Virus record (IMG/VR): IMGVR_UViG_3300025142_000183
Coordinates: 1 to 26,434 of that record
Length of the DNA: 26,434 bases
Source: a virus
Lineage: Duplodnaviria > Caudoviricetes
Direction: 5' to 3' (one strand)
The notes below the pieces were generated by a model. That model worked only from the letters and a program-made list of their open reading frames with translations. It did not search any database and was not told the DNA's origin. Positions within the stretch are counted from its first letter, which is position 1. Each line of letters starts with the position of its first letter. Below, piece after piece: positions 1 to 6,671 of the stretch. A program made the translations under genes and the position numbers.

Positions 1-411
1 TTAGTTCTTTTGCGTTTCCTTGCTGCCATGAACGGGGTTCCTTCTGGTTGTGATGTGAACGGGATCCATTGCGCGCAGTTCCTGCAGGTGCTGCAGGATT
101 TTTGGATACTCGCGGTGCATTTTTTTGTAGACGGCGCGGATCCAGACGTCGGTCACGTCGTATTTGTCGGCCAGGAATTGTAGCGTCTCATGGCCCTGCG
201 AATACGAGAGCGACAGGAAGACATCAATGTTGCGCTTGAGATCGTTGATCTCCTTCATGGACGGAATGGAGATTTTCATGCCGCCGAAAACCAGCACGAG
301 TTTGAGCGTTTCCTCCTCGCCCAGGAGATCGTACATTTCCGGCAGTAAGGTATCGCGATACAGATAGAAAATGAGTTCTTTCAGGCCCAGCTCAGGAAAT
401 TTCGACTCCAT
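1..411 (-). CDS. Mor/C-family transcription activator (Mu Mor-like)
   Basis: 136 aa. 'LLGEEETLKLVLVFGGMKISIP' matches the Mor FGG..IYIP motif, followed by 'KRNIDVF' and the HTH 'LADKYDVTDVWIRAV'. GGAGGAAGG just upstream of the ATG; overlaps the sigma gene by 31 nt. Confidence 0.8.
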   Translation of the reverse strand: MESKFPELGLKELIFYLYRDTLLPEMYDLLGEEETLKLVLVFGGMKISIPSMKEINDLKRNIDVFLSLSYSQGHETLQFLADKYDVTDVWIRAVYKKMHREYPKILQHLQELRAMDPVHITTRRNPVHGSKETQKN

Positions 412-1109
412 CCTTCCTCCGTGATCTTCTGTTCCAACCCGTGACGACGCAACGTCACCACGGCATAGTTGATGAGAAACTCCGCCCGCTTGGGCGGAAT
501 GACAGCAATCCGCGCTACATCCTTGATGAAACCATTCCGGCAGCGCTCAAACACGCGCAAATAAACCGCAATAGCCACCCGATGGATCACGTATCGCGAT
601 ACCGGCGTGTTGAAACGGATTCGCAGGCAGATATCGAGGTCCGCAGCCTGAAGAGATTCTTCCGGCATCGTGGTAAGTTGCTCGTGAGCATCTTCCGAAG
701 GAATAAAATGCGAGAAATACTTGCAGCGCCTGAAATAGCTGGCGACGCAATTCGAAACGCATCGGTACATAAAACTGCGCAGGCTTCCGCGCAGCGGATC
801 CCAGAGCGATAGTTTTTGAATAACCTCGATCCAGCATTCCTGACGGATGTCCTCGACCTGATCGAGAAAAATTCGATGACGACTGGCATTGACCACCGAG
901 TGAACAATGGGCTCCAGATGAAGTCGTATGGCTTCGAAAGCTTCACTTTCTCCGGAAAGAAAACGCTGCACGGATTCATGCAGGTGATCTATCGTAGGGG
1001 CTCGCGTCGCCGCCTCCGTCGGCAAAGCCGTCGGAGCCTCCCCCTCAACGCGCCGTTGGCGCTGGTTGTCCCAGGAGATGTTTTCTCGTTTCACTGCGGA
1101 TGAATTCAT
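381..1109 (-). CDS. sigma70-family (ECF-like) RNA polymerase sigma factor
   Basis: Region-2-like 'EAFEAIRLHLEPIVHSVV...EDIRQECWIEVIQKLSLWDPLRGSLRSFMYRCVSNCVASYFRR' and a divergent region-4-like HTH 'IKDVARIAVIPPKRAEFLINYAVVTLRR'. Start moved from 1205 to ATG 1109 (MNSSAV, GGAAGG upstream), giving 242 aa; start uncertain. Confidence 0.75.
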   Translation of the reverse strand: MNSSAVKRENISWDNQRQRRVEGEAPTALPTEAATRAPTIDHLHESVQRFLSGESEAFEAIRLHLEPIVHSVVNASRHRIFLDQVEDIRQECWIEVIQKLSLWDPLRGSLRSFMYRCVSNCVASYFRRCKYFSHFIPSEDAHEQLTTMPEESLQAADLDICLRIRFNTPVSRYVIHRVAIAVYLRVFERCRNGFIKDVARIAVIPPKRAEFLINYAVVTLRRHGLEQKITEEGWSRNFLSWA

Positions 1110-1380
1110 AAGCTCGCCTTCCCCAGGTAAATTTAGGAACAAATCCTTCCGGATAATTGGCCGGTATCCGACGGTACGGATTGAAGCCTTTCCGCGCCGG
1201 GACATGTTTTAACCAGAACTTTCCCAGCGACAGGAAATGCACCGTCTTTCCCAACGCCAGATCGTTCATCATGCATTGGATCATCGACACCAGAACCAGC
1301 CGGACCTCATACTGATGAAGCCCCGTCAGTTCGGCGATACGAATAATCATGTCGGTCGAGACGACCTGCGGCTTTGCCAT
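1045..1380 (-). CDS. HU/IHF-family DNA-bending protein
   Basis: 'IIRIAELTGL...LALGKTVHFLSLGKFWLKHVPARKGFNP...VPKFTWG' follows the HU/IHF pattern, including the arm-tip NP. Start at ATG 1380 (MAKPQ) with GGAGG SD; 111 aa. Confidence 0.85.
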   Translation of the reverse strand: MAKPQVVSTDMIIRIAELTGLHQYEVRLVLVSMIQCMMNDLALGKTVHFLSLGKFWLKHVPARKGFNPYRRIPANYPEGFVPKFTWGRRAYEFIRSETRKHLLGQPAPTAR

Positions 1381-1381
1381 G

Positions 1382-1600
1382 TCAGACCTCCGTGCCCGAA
1401 GCGGCCGCTGCCGCCTCTTTAGCCTCCGCGGGGGCATCCTTGACCCCGAGTGATTTTACCAATGTCGGATAGAGCGTATCCAGCGAGCGCGACACTTCAG
1501 CCCTGAAAGTGTCGATGAGGCTTTGTTGATCCCGTATGAATTTTCCCACGATGCGGCTTCCGGTGTGGTCGAGCAGCGTTTTCAATTCCTTTGCGTCCAT
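1382..1600 (-). CDS. small hypothetical protein
   Basis: 72 aa. Strong GGAGGAG SD; stop is 1 nt from the HU start; Ala-rich C-terminus. Confidence 0.65.
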   Translation of the reverse strand: MDAKELKTLLDHTGSRIVGKFIRDQQSLIDTFRAEVSRSLDTLYPTLVKSLGVKDAPAEAKEAAAAASGTEV

Positions 1601-1733
1601 AGAGTTTCTCCTCCAGTGTTTTGATTTTCAGTTCCTTCCGCCGAAAGACTTCTTTCAGCAAAAAAAGCGACAAGCCCCAGCCTGCCAAAAATGACAGGAT
1701 GCCCACGAACCAGACTTGGATCGGTTCCATCAC
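1497..1733 (-). CDS. small single-TM membrane protein
   Basis: N-terminal hydrophobic stretch 'IQVWFVGILSFLAGWGLSLFLL' followed by a basic tail. Start overlaps the upstream stop (GTGATG), with GGAGG upstream. Confidence 0.6.
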   Translation of the reverse strand: MMEPIQVWFVGILSFLAGWGLSLFLLKEVFRRKELKIKTLEEKLYGRKGIENAARPHRKPHRGKIHTGSTKPHRHFQG

Positions 1734-2251
1734 GCACCTCCCTCAAGGTAGACCTTTACGACCCCACTCAGATCGCTCAAAGACTCACCTGTGAAATAAC
1801 GTTGTCCGCAAATGGTTTCGTGACTGACGACGTGACGGAAGGATTCGGGAAACAGCGAAGGCGTGACGGGCCTCACGAAACGTACCAATTTATGCAGGGT
1901 CTCCGAATGGAAGCGCGAAACATGCAATTGGCTCCGCCCTTCGGCATCTTTGAATGCGATGTAGTAGCGTTTGAAAACGGCTTTGAGTTGAAGTGTGCCG
2001 AGAGTTTCCACGACACGGCTGACAGTTTCTGAAATTTCTGGAGTCAGGCTTTGAGGATTTGTGATCGTCTTGGCGAGACGGGCACTTTGGGAAATGAGCC
2101 GACGTTTGCGGCTCTCGAAGATTTCGGCTCCGGACTGGCGCAGGTTTTTAGAGAGGGCCTCGCGGCATTCGCGGCGCGCTTGGCAGTGTTCGCGACAGGG
2201 AGCGAGGTTTTCGTCAAAGAGGTAGCCGAAACAGTCGATTTCATGATTCAT
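1730..2251 (-). CDS. hypothetical protein with N-terminal four-Cys motif
   Basis: 173 aa. 'DCFGYLFDENLAPCREHCQARREC' = C-x11-C-x3-C-x5-C. First gene after the AT-rich spacer. Confidence 0.7.
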   Translation of the reverse strand: MNHEIDCFGYLFDENLAPCREHCQARRECREALSKNLRQSGAEIFESRKRRLISQSARLAKTITNPQSLTPEISETVSRVVETLGTLQLKAVFKRYYIAFKDAEGRSQLHVSRFHSETLHKLVRFVRPVTPSLFPESFRHVVSHETICGQRYFTGESLSDLSGVVKVYLEGGA

Positions 2252-2260
2252 CCGAAAAAC

Positions 2261-2341
2261 ATCTTACCTGAAATGAATCATTTGAAAAGACTAAAAACTT
2301 AATAAATTCAAATGTTTAGCACCTATGACGTGTTTGCGTCA
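2261..2341 (-). promoter_or_regulatory. candidate promoter/operator region of the regulatory unit
   Basis: AT-rich spacer. Minus-strand TTTTCA (2283-2288) -16 nt- TAAGAT (2261-2266); inverted repeat CATTTGAA (2279-2286)/TTCAAATG (2307-2314); dyad TGACG-N6-CGTCA (2326-2341). Confidence 0.4.
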
Positions 2342-2360
2342 CCGATGAGCAAAAACGGAC

Positions 2361-2555
2361 CTACTTGAGACGCATTTTGTCACCCGAGCGCAGCTCCATG
2401 ATGTGTCTGGCGATCGCCTTAATGATTCCCGGCACGCTTATTTTAGTGAACGTGGTGAGAAGCAGTGTGCCGATGGTGATGCCACCACCGATCCATTCGA
2501 TCGGTCCGCCATGCGTGAAGTAAGTCACGCATCTTTCGAGAATGTCTTGTTCCAT
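2361..2555 (-). CDS. small membrane protein, possible holin
   Basis: 64 aa with hydrophobic 'IEWIGGGITIGTLLLTTFTKISVPGIIKAIA' and a basic C-terminus; GAAGGAGG SD; directly after the peptidase. Confidence 0.55.
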   Translation of the reverse strand: MEQDILERCVTYFTHGGPIEWIGGGITIGTLLLTTFTKISVPGIIKAIARHIMELRSGDKMRLK

Positions 2556-2568
2556 ACAGGGTCCTCCT

Positions 2569-2970
2569 TCAGGTTTTTGATTTTACAAACCAGTAAGCCA
2601 GTCTTTGCGTCGGTCGTATGTCCACATGCGTGAATGATGCGTAGGATCCAATTCCCTTCACTCCGAGGTTCTTCGCGGAAACGGCTTCGAGAATCTTCTG
2701 TGCGACAGTGCGAGCGGGCATTCCTTCAATCTTGATATCCGCCGCGCGGCCTTCAATGTGTTGAGAATTTTTCACGCCTCCGACTTTGCGGTTGTATTCT
2801 GGCGTTCGGTAACCTGACGTGATCGTGACGCTCCGGTTACCACACAGAATACGGATCAGTTCCAGTTGCTCACATAAGGGCCTGAGCCGTGACGTGACCC
2901 AAGCGGCGGGATATGGCGTGCCATCCCCGCAACGGAATTCTTCAAGGTTGAAATGCGACGTCACTTGCAT
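2569..2970 (-). CDS. peptidase M15A (YcbK-like Zn D-Ala-D-Ala peptidase), probable endolysin
   Basis: 'HFNLEEFRC', 'ITSGYRTPEYNRKVGG', 'SQHIEGRAADI' and 'FTHVDIR' supply the His/Asp/His Zn ligands. Start at ATG 2970 (MQVTSH); 133 aa. Confidence 0.9.
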   Translation of the reverse strand: MQVTSHFNLEEFRCGDGTPYPAAWVTSRLRPLCEQLELIRILCGNRSVTITSGYRTPEYNRKVGGVKNSQHIEGRAADIKIEGMPARTVAQKILEAVSAKNLGVKGIGSYASFTHVDIRPTQRLAYWFVKSKT

Positions 2971-3133
2971 GGTGGCTTTCGATCCTTTGTTTGATAAAGG
3001 CGACGTCCTGCTTGACGTGCTCCAATTCGATTTGCGTTTTGGCCACATCGACCTTCAGACTCCAGAACATGCCGGAAGCCGTGAGCAGTGCGCCGATAAT
3101 GGCAAACCAGAATTTCCAATTTCCGTTTTTCAT
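2942..3133 (-). CDS. single-TM plus coiled-coil protein, holin-like
   Basis: 63 aa. TM 'FWFAIIGALLTASGMFWSL' followed by heptad-like 'VAKTQIELEHVKQDVAFIKQRIE'; immediately upstream of and overlapping the peptidase. Confidence 0.6.
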   Translation of the reverse strand: MKNGNWKFWFAIIGALLTASGMFWSLKVDVAKTQIELEHVKQDVAFIKQRIESHHASDVAFQP

Positions 3134-3134
3134 G

Positions 3135-3794
3135 TCAGTAACAGTTCACCCGTAAACTTTTTGAAATGAGAATTTCACCTTTCGGATCCTTGACGAAACA
3201 TCGCGCCAGTTCTTTTGCCGTCGTGTCCGGTAGGTGCCATTGAAAAGTCGCGAAACTTTTCGTCATCGTGATCTTGCCGTTTCTCGGAACGAGGCGACCC
3301 GCCGAACATTCAACAAGAAACTCGCCGCTGATACCTTTGACTGTACGATCCACATCATGCTTTTCGACGGTATCCTGCGTGGTTTTCACCCGCACCTCCA
3401 TGTCGAGCGTGACTCCGCCGGTCGTGTCTATTTCGTAGAAGCGATGTGTCTTCCGCTCTTCGGATTTCATGACGGCCGAATGGTTATCGGCGATGGTGAG
3501 TTCGAAGTAAGGTCGTCGCTCGAGTCGATTTTCAGATTCCAGTTTCGAGGGTTTGTATTCGTTGTAGCCGTGGGGCATATCCTCCGTAACCAGATAGTCC
3601 ATGTTTGCCGGATCCTGCCCCGTCACTTTTTCCAGCAGATGCGGCCACATGGTGCCCTGACGGATATTTTCCCATACGTTTGCGATGTCGGAATCGGCGG
3701 GGATGATCGACCCGTCCTGATCTCTTTCGGCGTGTGAATGGGAACCGATAATTTGATTCGTTACCTTGTCGAAAAAATAGGTACATTTCGCCAT
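3135..3794 (-). CDS. tail-fibre-associated protein (assembly chaperone or accessory), function unknown
   Basis: Start at ATG 3794 in a TAATG overlap with the fibre stop; 219 aa; beta-rich C-terminal half. Function inferred from position only. Confidence 0.6.
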   Translation of the reverse strand: MAKCTYFFDKVTNQIIGSHSHAERDQDGSIIPADSDIANVWENIRQGTMWPHLLEKVTGQDPANMDYLVTEDMPHGYNEYKPSKLESENRLERRPYFELTIADNHSAVMKSEERKTHRFYEIDTTGGVTLDMEVRVKTTQDTVEKHDVDRTVKGISGEFLVECSAGRLVPRNGKITMTKSFATFQWHLPDTTAKELARCFVKDPKGEILISKSLRVNCY

Positions 3795-5533
3795 TAGCTC
3801 GGCCCTCCGGTATTGTCGCTGCACTCGATGACGCTGCGGTTATAGGCGCACACGATACTTTCGTTTCCGGCCCGTTGCCGGACCCGGAACTCCCAGTTGC
3901 TTGTTCCGCCATTGTAGGAAGGCGATGTCGGGCTCACGTTCCCGTTGAATGTCTGCTGTCCCGGTCCGCCAATCCATGCCTTGTTGTCGCTATCGAATCC
4001 GCCTCCGCCTTGGGTCATATCGATCTGGCAGATTCCCCATACGGGCATGTCCGAAGCGGTAAAGCCTCCGATGGTGAGAATGTCGTCTGTCTCAATGTTT
4101 TGCGTTTGCTTGCCATACACGCCAAAACTTCTGCCCAAAGAGAATGAATGCGTGTGGATGCTGATATTGATTCCGTCGATGGTCGCTCCGCCGGCGACGG
4201 CAAGGCTTTGCTGGAGCGTCTGTCCGCCCTTGTTGAGATGGAGATATTGTGTGTGGTCATCATCCCCGAGACCCGAGAGCGCGCCGTGGTCCGAAACACC
4301 CGCGTTGGCATCGACATAAGATTTCGTAGCCAGATGCGAAGCGATGGTCGGATTCTGACCGCTTACCGGATTGTTGAAAGTCCAAGAGCCGTTGATCGTC
4401 TCGTTCTGAGCGATAGCCGCGTATTGAGGATGGTCGTCGTCGCCCAAACCGGCGAAGGTGCCGTGATCCAATACCGGCCCGTTCGCGCCTCCGGTATGAT
4501 TATGAGATCCAACATCGACCCCGTCGACAAGGGCACCGCCCGCCATATCAATGTTGGCGTTGTGCAACCAGACCTGGGAAATAATCTCGTTCTGGTCCTT
4601 GTGGGTGTACTGAGGATGGTCATCGTCACCAAGACCGGAAATGGAACCGTGGTCAATCGAGGGAACGGTAAAATGAATCGAAGCATCGTTGATGTGCGCA
4701 TCAATGGTGGCGTGGGTATAGACGCCAATGCTCGTAAGATCCCCATGATCGACTGTGCCGCCTTGGCCGGGGCCACTGTGATCGTGATTGCTGATGTCGA
4801 CCCCATCCACGGTGCCGATGGTGGTGATATTGCCATTCGATCCGTCGATGTGAATGGTCTGCGTGACGCCGTTATCGGAATAAAACGTGATCGTGGATCC
4901 GTTGTTGAAACTCCAATCGCCGTCGATGGTCTCATTCCCGGTGTCATGGACAAAGCCGCTGAAGCCCAAAATCGTCAGTTCCTCTTTTACGGAGGTATCG
5001 ATTTGAGGATTATTGACAGTAATGTCACCGAAGCTGATGGTCGCATGCGCGAGCAGAACGCCGCCGTCGCCGGGATTCGGCGCAGGCACCGCAGCTCCGG
5101 CCAATGCCTCGGCCCCCTGATAAAGTTTGAATTCGACATCCTCGGCGGTAATTTCAAATACGGTATCGCCGAAACCGTCGATAGCAGGACTTGAATCCGT
5201 GATGTGGTAATAGGCGTAGATGGAAACAATCCGCTCGTTTCCCGGATTCAAGACCTCGATATTGTTTCCGTTCACATCCTGGGCGAACGGGACGTTGGTG
5301 GTCGCGTTGTTGAGGATGCGTCGACCGTAGGTATCGTAAGCGACACCCGAACCGACATCGACGGAGAAATTGGCCCCGGCTCCGCGTTCGGACACATCAA
5401 GGCCATAAACAGCGCCCGTGTTCTCCGTAATTTCGAGCATGAAATTCCAGAGGGCGTTATTGATATCGCCGTGATGGCTGTTCAGCCAGTCGGTATCGGC
5501 GAGGAATCGGTAGTACCAGTTATGTTTATCCAT
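3794..5533 (-). CDS. tail fibre protein
   Basis: 579 aa. N-terminal baseplate-anchor-like 'GAVYGLDV...VDVGSGVAYDTYGRRI'; repeated DHGxxxGLGDDDHxQY and HxH motifs; follows the baseplate wedge genes. Confidence 0.8.
   Translation of the reverse strand: MDKHNWYYRFLADTDWLNSHHGDINNALWNFMLEITENTGAVYGLDVSERGAGANFSVDVGSGVAYDTYGRRILNNATTNVPFAQDVNGNNIEVLNPGNERIVSIYAYYHITDSSPAIDGFGDTVFEITAEDVEFKLYQGAEALAGAAVPAPNPGDGGVLLAHATISFGDITVNNPQIDTSVKEELTILGFSGFVHDTGNETIDGDWSFNNGSTITFYSDNGVTQTIHIDGSNGNITTIGTVDGVDISNHDHSGPGQGGTVDHGDLTSIGVYTHATIDAHINDASIHFTVPSIDHGSISGLGDDDHPQYTHKDQNEIISQVWLHNANIDMAGGALVDGVDVGSHNHTGGANGPVLDHGTFAGLGDDDHPQYAAIAQNETINGSWTFNNPVSGQNPTIASHLATKSYVDANAGVSDHGALSGLGDDDHTQYLHLNKGGQTLQQSLAVAGGATIDGINISIHTHSFSLGRSFGVYGKQTQNIETDDILTIGGFTASDMPVWGICQIDMTQGGGGFDSDNKAWIGGPGQQTFNGNVSPTSPSYNGGTSNWEFRVRQRAGNESIVCAYNRSVIECSDNTGGPS
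4140..4830 (-). repeat. His/Asp-rich protein repeats within the tail fibre
   Basis: DHGSISGLGDDDHPQY, DHGTFAGLGDDDHPQY and DHGALSGLGDDDHTQY; also VDGVDISNHDH, VDGVDVGSHNH and IDGINISIHTH. The DNA copies differ at synonymous sites. Confidence 0.85.
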
Positions 5534-5546
5534 ACGTGCGCACCTG

Positions 5547-6662
5547 TCAGTGTACGTAGGTATTTACGCCGACCTCCGAAACTCCAACCTCCCAATGATC
5601 CACAAAACCCGGGGCATCGGGCTCCAGAATCCCGTAATGGGTGTGGGCCGGCTTCATGAAATCGGCGATTTCGTGGAGAAGATCCCGCTCGTCATCGGTG
5701 AGAATTCGCGGAGTCTGAATGAAGAAATGAAAGGCCCACGCTCCGGGGCGATCGCAGTCGTCGGCATCGTCCGTTCTCGGCGCATACGGGGTGTCCGGGT
5801 CGTCGCTCCGCACCATTTGGGCACCCCAGGCGTACAGGTCTCCCGCAAAACCGGCATCGGATTTCAGGAGAAAGCGAATATCGCCTGCGGCATTGGGAAG
5901 ACATTGGTGCTGGACGACAAAGCGCTGCCATTCCGATGTGACGGCAAGGATCCCTTCAGTTTGATCCAATGGGTTGTCGACCGACTGGATGGTGAAAGTA
6001 AGCGTTCCCGGCATGTCGGCCTTGAGCCAGATGGAACCAGTGAATGGTTGATTGGCGGCCAGAAACGGCGTTGCATCCTGATAAATTAAGGCCCCCGGGG
6101 TGCTCATATCCAGCTGATCGGCATCACGACCCCAAGGCGTGGGTCCGGTGATGACCTGTGGAGTGACGATGACCAGGGATCTGATCCACTCGGTCTCCGA
6201 AAAAACTTCGGTCCATTCGAGCAGATTGCAATAAACGCGACGGCCGCCCGAATAGGTGGAAAGACCGATCTCGCTCACGCCCACATGCCAGCCGTCCTCG
6301 GGGTAGGCATGGGGGTCGATAATTTCCACTTCCATGCCGAGCAGGAAGCGGGCTGCGGTGACGATACCTTTTTCCTTCCCGAGACCTTTCTGGTTGTACA
6401 TGGGGATCAGAAGCTTCACGAGTTTACGTTTCTGCGTATCGGTCAGGGGATAGCTTCGGAAGGGATTACCCAGTTGCCGCAACATCAGTTCCACAAAGAT
6501 CATGGGAGAGGTATCGGGATCGACCAGCTCATCGTAGGCGGCGATGAAGGAGCGGAAATCATCGGAGATCTGGCTCGCGAGCGTTTTCCAGAGGTCGAGA
6601 ATGTTGTCCGGATCGTTCTGGTGATATATTTTCGGAGGCAGATTTTTTTCGTTATCGGACAT
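5547..6662 (-). CDS. baseplate wedge/tail protein I (P2 gpI-like) with inserted carbohydrate-binding-like domain
   Basis: 'LVDPDTSPMIFVELMLRQLG...QKRKLVKLLIPMYNQKG' and C-terminal 'IADFMKPAHT' are gpI-like; the central 'NLLEWTE...SIWLKA...TSEWQRF...YAWGAQM' is CBM4/9-like. Confidence 0.8.
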   Translation of the reverse strand: MSDNEKNLPPKIYHQNDPDNILDLWKTLASQISDDFRSFIAAYDELVDPDTSPMIFVELMLRQLGNPFRSYPLTDTQKRKLVKLLIPMYNQKGLGKEKGIVTAARFLLGMEVEIIDPHAYPEDGWHVGVSEIGLSTYSGGRRVYCNLLEWTEVFSETEWIRSLVIVTPQVITGPTPWGRDADQLDMSTPGALIYQDATPFLAANQPFTGSIWLKADMPGTLTFTIQSVDNPLDQTEGILAVTSEWQRFVVQHQCLPNAAGDIRFLLKSDAGFAGDLYAWGAQMVRSDDPDTPYAPRTDDADDCDRPGAWAFHFFIQTPRILTDDERDLLHEIADFMKPAHTHYGILEPDAPGFVDHWEVGVSEVGVNTYVH

Positions 6663-6671
6663 GAAATCGCC

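Noticed and set aside
2296-2323. dif/XerCD-like site (minus strand GGTGCTAAACA...TTTATTAAGTT)
   Set aside because: Only the first five bases match the XerC arm and the XerD arm is a poor match.
3794-4140. Diversity-generating retroelement target in the fibre tip
   Set aside because: No template repeat differing at adenines and no reverse transcriptase seen in the window.
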